Source: a virus
Length of the DNA: 64,000 nucleotides
Strand: one strand, 5' to 3'
IMG/VR virus record: IMGVR_UViG_3300047476_001812
Span: 1-64,000 of that record
Numbering within the stretch: the stretch's first letter is position 1; every line of letters begins with the position of its first letter. Of this stretch, positions 38,287 to 48,669 are shown one piece after another. The position numbers and the translations under genes were made by a program. Below the pieces are notes generated by a model. That model made no database searches, was not told the origin of the DNA, and saw only the letters and a program-made list of their open reading frames with translations.

Positions 38287-40248
38287 ATGACATTTAGGAT
38301 ACCAACACTTACATCTGCTGATGACGTTGCTGTATGGTTGAGTGGGGCAAAACAACAGCTTGATGATTACTTTGTTCAGCTACCCGCTTCTCATTATGAT
38401 GAGTTTTTCTCGCATCTTCCTGCCGCTGAACAATTAGTAGAAGCACAGGCAATGAGAAATGCAGAACAAAAAAACTATTTGCTAGAAATAGAAAGACAAG
38501 CTAAAAGATTTGGGTACAAACCAGAAAGAAGAAGAGTTGAAGAAGCAGTATCAGGTGGTGACATAGATACGGAATTTGTTCCTGAAAATGCTCCAGTTAA
38601 TTCTCAAGCACGTTCTGCTAAAGCTCCTCAAGGTGCAATCCGAATTGAAGGTGATATTTTTATGCCTTTAGAAGAAGAGCAAGCAATGAGAGAGCAGTTC
38701 AGAGGAAAAGGAAATGCTTTCTTTGATGAATTAAAAAAGAGAGGGTTAATTCAAGTATTAACTCCTGAAGGAAATAGGGTAGTTCCAAAGAAGTATGCAA
38801 TTTTTGATGAAACACTAGGAGAAAGAGGTAGGTATACTCTCAAGCCTGAAGTCCAATCGTATTTAGAATCCAGGAAAGTCAATACTCCTCAAGGTGTAGT
38901 AAGTCAACCCATTGCTGAAACCCCTCTTGTACAATCGTCTCCTCTTCCCAATAATGCTGAATCCGAAGCAACCTTAAATGATTTAGATAATCTCTTTTTA
39001 AACTCACAAACTCAACCTACCCCCCAAGAAGTTCCGGGAACTGTAACAACTATCTCTACAGATAATGGGGCAATTGCCCCAGACGTTGTGAGCGTATTAT
39101 CAACACAGCCGGGGTTTAGTGTAGTTCCAGAACCCGTATCTTATAGCCCACTACCCATACCAGAAGGAACTCCTGAGAGTGGTATTAATCGTAGTGTTTA
39201 CCCTGGAAGTAAAGCTGTATCTACTTCTTCCGGTATTCCTATGAGTGGAGGTGGTGGGAGTATTCCCCCTAAACCCCCCACAGGTGGTGGTAACTATGAC
39301 TTTGATGGGGAAGAGTTTAACCGTCAGAATAACTACACTCCTTACGGTGGCACACCCAACCATCCAGAAATACCAGGATTAAATGACCCTGTAGATGCTG
39401 ACGCAAATCTTAAATGGTTATGGGAAAGAAATCAACGAGAAACGCAAGCCCGTCAACAATATCTAAACGACAAGGCAAGACAAGTGGCTGATACTGGTAG
39501 TTGGTGGGGGAATGTATGGGATGGAGTTGGTAGAGGTTTTAATTATTCTGTTGAAGCTGGCAGAATGCCTGGTAGAACGGCATCTGTAATATGGAATCGC
39601 GCACCTAAAAAAGAATATGAACATCTTACTCCTGAAGGTAAAGCAGCTTTTTTTGGTGGCAGGGTTGCTGGAGAAATAGGTAATGGAACTAAACAAGTAT
39701 TATGGGAACTACATCCTGATGACTTTACCGCTACCCATTCTGTAAGAGCAGTTAGAGAGTCCGGTGGTAATCGTATAGCTCAAGTTTTGATACCTTATAT
39801 GACAACAACCGCATTGCAGCTAGGGTCACAAACCTATAACCCATTTAACCTGGGTGAAGGCGGTAGGGTTGCAGGATATCAAGCTATTAATCCTGATGAG
39901 GATGACCCACGTATTTCTACATCACCAGTGAGTGAGTTATTAATTGACAGAGGATTGTTAGGTAGAAGAGGTAAGCTACTTCCTTGGGAGCAATTTAGAC
40001 AAGAAAGAACTGATATCCCCTATGAACAGTATCAGAAGTATCAAGACTATTTACGTAATAAAGATGATAACTTCCTAAGAGATGCTACCGGGGGACTAAT
40101 TAAGGGGACTATGGATGGAATTAATGGACCAGAGTTGTCAGTGATGGGTTATTCTGTCACACCTACTGGGGCGTTAGCCGCCGGGGCTGCACTGTTAGCG
40201 GGTAGGGAATTAGTTAGAACAGGAAGAATAGCAGGGTTAAGGAAGTAA
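38287..40248 (+). CDS. probable internal virion protein
   Basis: 653 aa, P/G-rich linker, C-terminal Ala/Gly helix. Confidence 0.55.
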   Translation: MTFRIPTLTSADDVAVWLSGAKQQLDDYFVQLPASHYDEFFSHLPAAEQLVEAQAMRNAEQKNYLLEIERQAKRFGYKPERRRVEEAVSGGDIDTEFVPENAPVNSQARSAKAPQGAIRIEGDIFMPLEEEQAMREQFRGKGNAFFDELKKRGLIQVLTPEGNRVVPKKYAIFDETLGERGRYTLKPEVQSYLESRKVNTPQGVVSQPIAETPLVQSSPLPNNAESEATLNDLDNLFLNSQTQPTPQEVPGTVTTISTDNGAIAPDVVSVLSTQPGFSVVPEPVSYSPLPIPEGTPESGINRSVYPGSKAVSTSSGIPMSGGGGSIPPKPPTGGGNYDFDGEEFNRQNNYTPYGGTPNHPEIPGLNDPVDADANLKWLWERNQRETQARQQYLNDKARQVADTGSWWGNVWDGVGRGFNYSVEAGRMPGRTASVIWNRAPKKEYEHLTPEGKAAFFGGRVAGEIGNGTKQVLWELHPDDFTATHSVRAVRESGGNRIAQVLIPYMTTTALQLGSQTYNPFNLGEGGRVAGYQAINPDEDDPRISTSPVSELLIDRGLLGRRGKLLPWEQFRQERTDIPYEQYQKYQDYLRNKDDNFLRDATGGLIKGTMDGINGPELSVMGYSVTPTGALAAGAALLAGRELVRTGRIAGLRK

Positions 40249-40253
40249 TAATC

Positions 40254-40874
40254 ATGCAAATATTTGGTAGAGAAATAAACCCACAAGTTGCTTTTAAAAG
40301 GTATGGAAATGCCATTAGAGACGGAAGAATGTATGCTACCCGTCCTCACATCCCTCAAGAGTATTATGGTAATGCTGACAAAGCATCTTTTTGGTTAGGG
40401 CAACAACCTGGTATTGGTAATGCCTTAGAGTTTGCCGTTGATAATCCCTATGGTGCTGCTGCTGCATTGGCTGGCGGTACTGTAGTAAATAATTTAATTG
40501 GTAATCCAGTAGGAGGGGCTATTGATTTCCTCTCAATGGGATTAACTAATTTAAAACCTGATGAGTATGAACCGACAGACAAACAAAGAGTTATGTTTGT
40601 TGACTTACCAAGTCAGGAAATTGTTTACACAAATAGATATGGAGTTTCTGCCAAAATTCCATCTTCCAATGCTGCCTCTGTGGTGGCTGCTGATACTTTA
40701 GCTACACAACCTGGAATGCAGCAGCCCAACCAAGTTCAAATACCAGAACTTAATGAGGAAGAGCGGGATAAATTTATGAAGTACACTACTAACCGCACTG
40801 CTCAACAGATATTAACTTATCAGGCGTTGCAAGACTTTCTTAATCAACAACCTGGAATGGAGGGCTATCAATGA
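40254..40874 (+). CDS. probable virion protein
   Basis: Gly/Ala-rich segment, operon context. Confidence 0.55.
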   Translation: MQIFGREINPQVAFKRYGNAIRDGRMYATRPHIPQEYYGNADKASFWLGQQPGIGNALEFAVDNPYGAAAALAGGTVVNNLIGNPVGGAIDFLSMGLTNLKPDEYEPTDKQRVMFVDLPSQEIVYTNRYGVSAKIPSSNAASVVAADTLATQPGMQQPNQVQIPELNEEERDKFMKYTTNRTAQQILTYQALQDFLNQQPGMEGYQ

Positions 40875-41278
40875 ACTGGGGAAGTGTAGGAAGAGGATTT
40901 GCTTCTGTAGCTGATGACATTGCCCGTAGTCAAATGGGTAGAAGAATTGGTGAGGAGTATGTTGACAATGCTGCCAAAGCAGTTGCTAGAGAATTGAATG
41001 TTAATGATTTATTCACTGCTGATGACGCTGCTAAATATATGGCAGAAGCACAAGAAGATGCTGCTAAATGGTACGCAACTTTTGTTGCGCCTAATGGTCA
41101 AATACCTGTGGATGAAAATGAAATCCTTTATCGGATAGGCAGGGGTGCAGCACAAACAGGGCAATTTGCTAGGAACAATGTTGGTAATGCTTTAAATGTA
41201 GGAGTAAATGCCATGTTTTTAGCACCAATGGCTATGCAAATGTTACCACGCTCTGAAGAGGAACAATATTATGGGTAA
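40871..41278 (+). CDS. probable virion protein
   Basis: Ala-rich, coupled to neighbours. Confidence 0.55.
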   Translation: MNWGSVGRGFASVADDIARSQMGRRIGEEYVDNAAKAVARELNVNDLFTADDAAKYMAEAQEDAAKWYATFVAPNGQIPVDENEILYRIGRGAAQTGQFARNNVGNALNVGVNAMFLAPMAMQMLPRSEEEQYYG

Positions 41279-42443
41279 CTTTGGCAGGATAGCAGGTAGA
41301 GCATTCAATTATGGTATGCCTGTAGTTGGTGGTTTTGTAGACTACCAAAGCGGGAAAGAAGAGGGAGAAGATGACATTCGGGCTGGTGTTGGTGCTGTAG
41401 GTTCTACCCTTGGTGGTTTAGCCGCCACTGGTGCTGCCACTGCTGCTGGTGCTAAGGTTGGGGCTGCCCTTGGTACTGCCTTAGCACCAGGAGTAGGAAC
41501 ACTTGCTGGTGGTGCTATTGGTGGACTTGCAGGATTGGGTACTTCATTAGCAACACAAGGTTTAGGTAGCTTTGCCGGGGGATGGACTGCTGACAGATTA
41601 GATGAAGCTGTTAGGGGTAAAAATACAGGAGTTAAAAATAAGATGTCTCAATATGTACAAGACCAAAGAACAGGCGATATTGCAGAGGTTGATGATAACG
41701 GGAATATAGTTGGTTGGATTGTTAAAGGTGGTGTGGTTGTTGCTGGTGGTAACACCATGCTTAATATTGGCAATGAATTAAAAGACATTCCTTACGATTA
41801 CGCTAGGAATAAGGCTATATTTCAAGCTGACCCATTATTAAATGCAACACCTGAAGAGGCTGCTCGCTGGGCTGCAAGAGAAGTTCCAAGTGACATAGGA
41901 AGAGCCATAGGTAGAGGCTTTCGTACCACCGGAAATAATATTGGTAGGGTCTGGAATGCTATTCCTGGCAATAATGTAGTAAAAGCTGGTGCTGCATTAG
42001 CTTTTGTTGGCGACCAGCTAACTGGTGCTAACTTCTCAAAGGGTGTTGGTAGAGTTCTTGCTGGTGGTGCTGACGCTGTTGCTAACACTGTAGGTTTTAA
42101 CACAGATTTTGATGGACGAAACAGGATGAGTCAACAACAAATAAAGCAAAACAATGAGACTGCTAGGGTTGAAGATAATCTAAAAATCTACAACCCTTAT
42201 GATGAAGCAATCTATCAGAAAGGCTTTCGTAGTCGGCAGGAAATGGAAAACTACGAAAACAGAATATGGCAGCGCAACGAAGACAAAGCTGCTGAGGTCT
42301 TCAAAAAGCGTGATGACATTGCTCGTCGTAACTTTATGACTGAGTTTACAGCACAGCAAGCATCTGATTTGTTATCAAGGTATGCTGAGATGCCTCAATC
42401 TGTAGCTAATAGCATTGCACAAATCTATCAAGCAGCAAGGTAA
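41271..42443 (+). CDS. glycine-zipper protein, probable ejection/pilot protein
   Basis: GAALGTALAPGVGTLAGGAIGGLAG. Confidence 0.6.
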   Translation: MGNFGRIAGRAFNYGMPVVGGFVDYQSGKEEGEDDIRAGVGAVGSTLGGLAATGAATAAGAKVGAALGTALAPGVGTLAGGAIGGLAGLGTSLATQGLGSFAGGWTADRLDEAVRGKNTGVKNKMSQYVQDQRTGDIAEVDDNGNIVGWIVKGGVVVAGGNTMLNIGNELKDIPYDYARNKAIFQADPLLNATPEEAARWAAREVPSDIGRAIGRGFRTTGNNIGRVWNAIPGNNVVKAGAALAFVGDQLTGANFSKGVGRVLAGGADAVANTVGFNTDFDGRNRMSQQQIKQNNETARVEDNLKIYNPYDEAIYQKGFRSRQEMENYENRIWQRNEDKAAEVFKKRDDIARRNFMTEFTAQQASDLLSRYAEMPQSVANSIAQIYQAAR

Positions 42444-42594
42444 GAGATGGAAATCAAAGAGCAAGCTTTAAACAAATCTAAAATGTGGCAAGCCAAAAAA
42501 GCTAAATCTTCTTCTTATGATGCGCCAACTAGCACAGGTTTAGACACAAGTTATTCTACTCAGAAAAGTGTAGATAGAATAGGGGGAGTAAAAT

Positions 42595-43443
42595 ATGAAT
42601 AAACAACTGCAAGCTTTAGAGAAAGCTACGTTGTGGAAAGAAAGAAGAACTTCGGACGGTAATTACATAGAAAGGCTTGACAAAAACGGTAACGTTTATG
42701 AAAGAGTTTATTCTCCTATTCCAAAACAAACCACAATTAAAAAACCTACTCAAGCTAGACCTCAACCACCCAAAGTAAAACCACCGTCTAAGACAAGATA
42801 CACACCAACTCCAGAGCAAGAATACATAAGACAGCAAGGGGATCTAGCATTAGAGAAACAACTACGAAATCAAAAATATTGGTTTAACCTATTCAATGAA
42901 AATGCTAAGGAGGCTCAACAAAGTAATCAGAAGTATGGTCGTGAATTGCAAGACTCAATAAACAATACCAATTTACGGATGCAAGAAAAAAGAACATGGG
43001 GTGATGTAGAAGAAGCAAAGATTACTAGTGGGAGTAATCAGAATATTGCAAAAACACAAGCTGAAAGTGCTGGCAATGTTGCAAACATTAATGCCACAAG
43101 TGCTGAAACTGTTGCAAACATTAATGCCACAAGTGCTTTCAAAGTAACTGAGCTTGAAACTAAGTCTAAAAATTATGGTTATGATAAACAATATGAGTGG
43201 ACTAAGTATCAAGCTGACAGAGATGCTGAAGCAAGGAATAGACAAACCGATGCAAACTACTTTGTAGAAAGAGAGAAAAATGCAAACCAGAAAGAAAAGA
43301 ACAAACAGGATTTTTATCTTAACGCTGGTCTAGGTATATTAGACTCAATGAACAAACAAAGAGCTTCTAGTAGTCAAGCAGCAGCACAAATATACAGTTC
43401 TTTTTTGTCAAGTAATCCGTATAACTTTAAGTATTGGAATTAA
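42595..43443 (+). CDS. probable ejection protein
   Basis: Q/N/K-rich coiled coil with duplicated VANINATSA. Confidence 0.55.
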   Translation: MNKQLQALEKATLWKERRTSDGNYIERLDKNGNVYERVYSPIPKQTTIKKPTQARPQPPKVKPPSKTRYTPTPEQEYIRQQGDLALEKQLRNQKYWFNLFNENAKEAQQSNQKYGRELQDSINNTNLRMQEKRTWGDVEEAKITSGSNQNIAKTQAESAGNVANINATSAETVANINATSAFKVTELETKSKNYGYDKQYEWTKYQADRDAEARNRQTDANYFVEREKNANQKEKNKQDFYLNAGLGILDSMNKQRASSSQAAAQIYSSFLSSNPYNFKYWN

Positions 43444-43457
43444 AGAAAGGGTAGAGT

Positions 43458-43976
43458 ATGATTGGTTTTTTTGGAGCTTTATTAGGTGGGCTTGCAAGCG
43501 GTGTTGTTGGTGGATTATTTGGAAACAGTCAACAAAAAAGGCAACACCAGCAAGCAAAGGATTTAGCACAGCAACAATTGGAAAATAGTATGAGACTAGG
43601 TCAACAGGCATTTGACTTTAGAAGGCAAGAAGCTGACCAAGATTTTGGCTTTAGAAAGACCTTAGCTGATGATGGCTATGCGTTTCAAATTAGAAAAGCT
43701 AATGTTGATGATGAAATAACCCGTCGTCAGAATCAACAGCGATTTGGTTTTGAAAAACAATTAGCTGATGATAACTACGCTTTTCGTAACAAAGATAGGG
43801 CAGAAAGAGAGCGTGCTGCTGACGAGACCACGGAAAGAGATTACCAAATGAGAAATGAAACTACTAATGCTGCTAGACAAGCTGCTAATAGTGCTTTCTT
43901 TGGTGGTGGTGGTAATAGATTTAATAGGTTTAACAGTGGCAGTAATAGATTTAATAGGTTTAACGCTAGAAGTTAA
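43458..43976 (+). CDS. DNA pilot/ejection-like protein
   Basis: N-terminal GALLGGLASGVVGGLFG then Q-rich coiled coil; terminator-like hairpin ~43984-44002. Confidence 0.6.
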   Translation: MIGFFGALLGGLASGVVGGLFGNSQQKRQHQQAKDLAQQQLENSMRLGQQAFDFRRQEADQDFGFRKTLADDGYAFQIRKANVDDEITRRQNQQRFGFEKQLADDNYAFRNKDRAERERAADETTERDYQMRNETTNAARQAANSAFFGGGGNRFNRFNSGSNRFNRFNARS

Positions 43977-44011
43977 TGTAAAAGGGAGGTAATAACCTCC
44001 CTCAATTAAAT

Positions 44012-44338
44012 CTAGTAATCTTGAAAATCTATTAACTCCCTCATTTCTTCATTTTTGATTATTGAATCGGCATTATTAATCGCCTTATTCCAGTATTCCC
44101 AATTTCTAACAATCCAACCTTTAGGTGAAAATGGATATTTTGTTTCAGCTACAACTATCCAGTCGCCTGAAGGTTGAAAATATATCAACAGTCCGCCACT
44201 GTAAACAAATTTACTTGATACATCAATGGTAAGAAGTTCTGTGGCTAGAGGGTCATTATTGTTTTGCTCCCTAGCCTGCAACCAGGGGAAAGGGTATACT
44301 GTTTGGGTTTTGTTGAGTGGGATTTCTCTTAACAACAC
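44012..44338 (-). CDS. hypothetical protein
   Basis: 108 aa; class A element upstream. Confidence 0.6.
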   Translation of the reverse strand: MLLREIPLNKTQTVYPFPWLQAREQNNNDPLATELLTIDVSSKFVYSGGLLIYFQPSGDWIVVAETKYPFSPKGWIVRNWEYWNKAINNADSIIKNEEMRELIDFQDY

Positions 44339-44360
44339 AATTTCTAATTCCTTGATTACA

Positions 44361-44386
44361 TCACCATCATTAAGGCGTTAGCCTTA
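44361..44386 (-). promoter_or_regulatory. class A hairpin element
   Basis: TCAC-N10; TAAGGC-GTTA-GCCTTA. Confidence 0.75.
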
Positions 44387-44420
44387 CAAATATAATACTT
44401 TATAAAACTAAAACTAAACT

Positions 44421-45014
44421 ATGACAAATCAAAAAGTAGAATCAGTACAAGAATATGTGGACAATCTCCCTAATGAAATCTTTTCAATGATAATGGAGAT
44501 TGTGTATTCCCCTACTCCCAGCGAGAAAGAAATTTACCAAACTTTAATTGATTGGGGAAAGGAAAACGACACTCCTTTTGTGTTTGGTTTTACCTATGTA
44601 AAAACCTGGGTAAGGTCTAAACAAAAAGTAGGAACGTTAGCACAAGATTACAATAAAGACCTAGAGAAATATCAAGGTGCTGACTTGTCTCTAGGTTTAG
44701 CTCGCAAGGTAGGAGCTACTATGGGCAAACTTCTGGATAAAGGAGTAGCGCAATTAGAGGAAACTGATTGGTCTAAAATTCCCCCATCTGAAATCTTAAA
44801 GTTTATACCTGCTGCTGCCAGAGAACAAAATAACACTTTAAAAATTGTTTCTGAGTTTCAACAAATTAAAGATAAAAAAGACCTAGTATTTGCAGGTGCA
44901 TACAGGATGCAACAGGAAATACTAGAAACTTTTAAAGATAATCCATTAATTTATGAAGCAGTTCAGGAGGCAGCAAGGGCTGCTATGTTAGTTATTGAAG
45001 AGGCAGAATATTGA
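44421..45014 (+). CDS. possible terminase small subunit
   Basis: helical 197-aa protein co-oriented with and near terL (positional inference). Confidence 0.4.
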   Translation: MTNQKVESVQEYVDNLPNEIFSMIMEIVYSPTPSEKEIYQTLIDWGKENDTPFVFGFTYVKTWVRSKQKVGTLAQDYNKDLEKYQGADLSLGLARKVGATMGKLLDKGVAQLEETDWSKIPPSEILKFIPAAAREQNNTLKIVSEFQQIKDKKDLVFAGAYRMQQEILETFKDNPLIYEAVQEAARAAMLVIEEAEY

Positions 45015-45603
45015 CCATACTTATCGCCTCTTCAATCCAGTAGAACTGAATCTCAACATTTTCCGCCGCTTGTTTATCTTCTTCTCTGTCACCAATCATG
45101 ATTACTTTTTCTAGTTTGTTTTTGTCCACCGAGTTTCTCGAGTAATACCATATTGCTTGTTCTAACATCCCAGAGCAAGGCTTTCTGAATTTACCTTTTG
45201 TCCCTAATTTCTGAGCAGATGAAGTATTGGATAAATCCCAAGGCTTCCCACCAATCCATGACTGACTATGAGTTGAATATCCGGATATTTCTCCAACATA
45301 GCAGGTATTTCCTTGAAAATCTGGACAAAAGTAAATTCTTTCAAATACAGGCATATCTAATTCTTTAACAAAAAGATTATTGCAATACATCATTTCATCA
45401 AACACTGTATCCAAAGATTTAAAACGTTTTTCTACACCACCTTGATTAGAGACAATTGCTAAAGTAAAATCTTGTGACAGCAATCTTTTTACTAAATCCA
45501 AAGAACCAGGTTTAATGATTTGTTGTTCTGGCTTGTTAATAAAACCATTTTCTTCTGTTGAAATGACAAGAGTTCCGTCTTTATCCAATAAAGCTAACTT
45601 CAT
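44992..45603 (-). CDS. HAD-IIIA phosphatase (GmhB/polynucleotide 3'-phosphatase-like)
   Basis: LDKDGTL, IVSNQGG, RKPCSGM, MIGDREED. Confidence 0.9.
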   Translation of the reverse strand: MKLALLDKDGTLVISTEENGFINKPEQQIIKPGSLDLVKRLLSQDFTLAIVSNQGGVEKRFKSLDTVFDEMMYCNNLFVKELDMPVFERIYFCPDFQGNTCYVGEISGYSTHSQSWIGGKPWDLSNTSSAQKLGTKGKFRKPCSGMLEQAIWYYSRNSVDKNKLEKVIMIGDREEDKQAAENVEIQFYWIEEAISMVNILPLQ

Positions 45604-45621
45604 TTTAACCTTTTAACTACA

Positions 45622-45646
45622 TCACTGCTCCTGGGGTGTTAACCCC
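45622..45646 (-). promoter_or_regulatory. class A hairpin element with T-A closing pair
   Basis: TCAC-N10; GGGGT-GTTA-ACCCC. Confidence 0.65.
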
Positions 45647-45669
45647 TTTATTTATGATACTACTAACCA

Positions 45670-47181
45670 ATGGCCAATCAACTACTAAGAACACAACGGG
45701 ATGCTGCTAGAGAACGAGCCAAAGATAAAGCTCGTGAGGCTATGATTACAGCACCATCAGAAGAGATGGTAAAAGCACAGAATGAATTTCCATTCTTCTG
45801 TGAATATGTTACCCGTAACTCTGAGCGTCCTATTGTTCTAGCCAAACATCATTTGGGGTGGGTAAAACATTGGATTACAGGAAAAGATAGTGAGAATCTT
45901 GTAGGTATAGCAGGTGTGGACATAGATTTACTCGCCCCACGCGGAAGTGCTAAGTCTACAGTATTGGGTTTATTTCTTGCGTGGTCTATAGGTAAACACG
46001 CATTAGCTAAAAGAGTATTACAAATACTATATGTAAGTAACAGTATTGAATTAGCCCGTGCTAAATCTGCTGCTATAAAAGATATTATAAGTAGTCCAGA
46101 ATACCAAGAAGTATTTCCTACAGTTATCCCAGCAAAACACAGATGGGCTGACAGTTATTGGGCTATAGATTTTAGTTACGCTGGTATTAAATCTAGTGGT
46201 ACTGAGAGATTTACCATGATTGCTGCTGGCGTAAAGGGTGGTATTGTCAGTAAACGCTTTAACTTGGTTATTTTTGATGACTTAATTAAATCTGTAGATG
46301 AAATGGCTACAGGAGAAGCCAGGGTTAAGCTAGAAAAGTTGGTATCATCTTCTATTAACCCTACGTTACTACCAGGAGGGCGTAAACTTTCTTTGGGTAC
46401 TAGATTCCGTCCTGATGACATTCACTGCACTGCTTTTACCCCTGACAAGGGATGGTATCAAATTCAGGAAAGCGCAATACTCATAGATGAAGAAGGAAAT
46501 GAGTATAGCTTTTGGGAAGAATGGTTAAAGCTAGAAGATTTGCAAAGACGTAGACAAGAAGACCCCTTGGCGTTTGCCTACCAATACCAGAATACAATTG
46601 TTCCCCTGGAAGATATTGGTTTAGAACCAGGATGGATTTACTTTGAAAACATTCCCACTGAATTTGATAATTATGTTGTCGGTGTAGACTTAGCTGCTAG
46701 TTTAAAGCAGAAAGCAGACTACACAGTGATGATGTTGCTAGGAGTATTGGACGGTAAGTTTTATTTCCTTGATTACCGTAGGGGTAAATGGCAAGGTAAC
46801 TTACAGATACTAGATGCCTTATTGGAAATGTATGAAGAATGGTATGAAGATGGTGTACCATTCAACATTTACGTTGAGTCAGTAGCTTATCAGTCATCTT
46901 TGCAGGGAGACTTTCAACGTTATGTTGTCAACGAAAAAGGTTTATACGACATCAACTGTTACCCCTACAGACTGAAAGGAGATAAGTTAGCCCATCTCCT
47001 GTCAATCAGTGGGGCTTACGCCTCTGGGGTGGTGAGGTATAATAAATATAAGTTCAAGCTCAAAGATGAAGTTATAGATGAGCTTGTAAACTTTGGAAGT
47101 AAATCGCATGATGACTGCTTAGATGCCTCTGCAATAGCGTTACAAGCTGCTGGGGTCAGAAAGAGGATAGAGGCAAGGTAA
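45670..47181 (+). CDS. terL: terminase large subunit
   Basis: APRGSAKST Walker A, IFDD Walker B, GTR coupling motif, GVDLA..ADYTV, HDDCLDA nuclease motifs. Confidence 0.92.
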   Translation: MANQLLRTQRDAARERAKDKAREAMITAPSEEMVKAQNEFPFFCEYVTRNSERPIVLAKHHLGWVKHWITGKDSENLVGIAGVDIDLLAPRGSAKSTVLGLFLAWSIGKHALAKRVLQILYVSNSIELARAKSAAIKDIISSPEYQEVFPTVIPAKHRWADSYWAIDFSYAGIKSSGTERFTMIAAGVKGGIVSKRFNLVIFDDLIKSVDEMATGEARVKLEKLVSSSINPTLLPGGRKLSLGTRFRPDDIHCTAFTPDKGWYQIQESAILIDEEGNEYSFWEEWLKLEDLQRRRQEDPLAFAYQYQNTIVPLEDIGLEPGWIYFENIPTEFDNYVVGVDLAASLKQKADYTVMMLLGVLDGKFYFLDYRRGKWQGNLQILDALLEMYEEWYEDGVPFNIYVESVAYQSSLQGDFQRYVVNEKGLYDINCYPYRLKGDKLAHLLSISGAYASGVVRYNKYKFKLKDEVIDELVNFGSKSHDDCLDASAIALQAAGVRKRIEAR

Positions 47182-48306
47182 ACGGAAACGGTAAGTTTTA
47201 ACTCCATTTAGTTCAGATATTTCACACTTCCATTCTTTTAAAAGCCTCCGAACATATCTTCTAGTCCCACCACTACCAGATTTGCAGCCAACAACAGAAT
47301 AACACTGGTCTAATGTTACCGCATTACCTTCTTCCATAAATCTTCTTAATATATTTTCTGTTGAGTCGTAAGTTACAAATTCAAATTGTTCAAGTAGATG
47401 TTCATTATTGATTGGCACAATAACCAAAGCGGCATTGTGTCTTCTACCCTTCGCGCATTTAACTAACCCTAATTCTATGAGTTCATGAACCGCCCTTAAA
47501 GATGTACTTTTATCCGCCCTTAATACATTAGTTAAATCTTTTATATAAGTAACTCCATTATTTGAATTAATAAAATCTAAGGCTTTTTTTCTGTTTCCAC
47601 CTAAAACATCTATCTTTTTATATTGGTTAAAATCATCAAGTAAATGTTTTCTATCAATGTCAATATAAATTTTTTTAACTCTATTGAGCTTGAGAAAAAC
47701 AACTTTTTCAGTTTTGACTAATTTAACTAGTGCAGTATAAACGGACTTTTTGACCCAAGTTTTCTCCTCATTAATCTGAGATGCAGTAGATGGACGTGAT
47801 AAACTTTTTAATCTTTTTAAGATTTCATCGGGTAAAGTTGTCTTTTTCTTTGGTTTAAGACTTTCTATATAATCATCAAGTAAATCTTTTCTATCAGCAT
47901 CTATGTAATAGGTTCTAGCTGTAGACCTCATACTTACTATTTCACCACTTGCCAGTAAGACTTTCAACCATCTTTCCAGGGTAACTTTACTTGATACTCT
48001 ATCTGCATACATCTCTCTGACAGACAAAGGTTTATCAGTGTTTTTTAGGTGGTTTAATACTGTCTGTTTGTAGTTGGTTATTTCTCTTTTAGGCTTATCT
48101 TCTTTAACTTTTTTGCCTGTTTTAGTTGTATCTACTTCAACCTTCTCAACTCGTTTAACTACTTCATCTATTAACTTTTGGTTTTTGAGCATTTTAAAGC
48201 AGTCAATACAAACTACTCTACTTTCTACTTGCCACTCCATGTTATTACGAAATTTATGGCACGACTCACACCGCCCAACCTTGGTTTCTATTTGAATAGC
48301 TATCAT
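47140..48306 (-). CDS. basic protein with tandem winged-HTH repeats and N-terminal Cys pairs
   Basis: CxxC..CxxC then repeated YID.DRK.LLDD units. Confidence 0.65.
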   Translation of the reverse strand: MIAIQIETKVGRCESCHKFRNNMEWQVESRVVCIDCFKMLKNQKLIDEVVKRVEKVEVDTTKTGKKVKEDKPKREITNYKQTVLNHLKNTDKPLSVREMYADRVSSKVTLERWLKVLLASGEIVSMRSTARTYYIDADRKDLLDDYIESLKPKKKTTLPDEILKRLKSLSRPSTASQINEEKTWVKKSVYTALVKLVKTEKVVFLKLNRVKKIYIDIDRKHLLDDFNQYKKIDVLGGNRKKALDFINSNNGVTYIKDLTNVLRADKSTSLRAVHELIELGLVKCAKGRRHNAALVIVPINNEHLLEQFEFVTYDSTENILRRFMEEGNAVTLDQCYSVVGCKSGSGGTRRYVRRLLKEWKCEISELNGVKTYRFRLPCLYPLSDPSSL

Positions 48307-48405
48307 AACTTTAACTTCTGTTTATTTTGCTATTGGTTATTATAACCTGCAAGGTAACAAAAGAAAAGGGGCATGGTAGCCCCTAAATTTTATTTAATAC
48401 ACTTA

Positions 48406-48474
48406 AACTACATCAAACTAAATAGGGGCGTAGCCCCCATGTTTCAAACTTCACAAATAATTAGGCGTTAGCCT
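48406..48474 (-). promoter_or_regulatory. adjacent class B (48406-48440) and class A (48451-48474) elements
   Basis: GGGGC-GTA-GCCCC with AACTAC at N16; TCAC-N10-GCGTTAGC. Confidence 0.75.
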
Positions 48475-48575
48475 TGCCCCCTATTCTTAGTATAAAAACA
48501 CTAGGAATAGGGGGCTTCCAGTCAATTACCTGCCTGAACCGCGTTCCATAAGAAACTCCATTTATTGCTAATACT

Positions 48576-48600
48576 TCAATTCTAATGGGGCAATCGCCCC
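48576..48600 (-). promoter_or_regulatory. class A hairpin element, AATC-loop variant
   Basis: TCAA-N10; GGGGC-AATC-GCCCC. Confidence 0.65.
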
Positions 48601-48669
48601 TGTACCACTGGGAAAAGTGGGGAGGATAATCCCCAGTGGTAGTCATCAGGTCAGGCTAGGGAACACCAC

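Noticed and set aside
48461-48646. ORFs 48461-48646, 35216-35407, 58009-58218 and 56193-56456
   Set aside because: They run through promoter elements, terminators or IS ends and lack an RBS; probably spurious.
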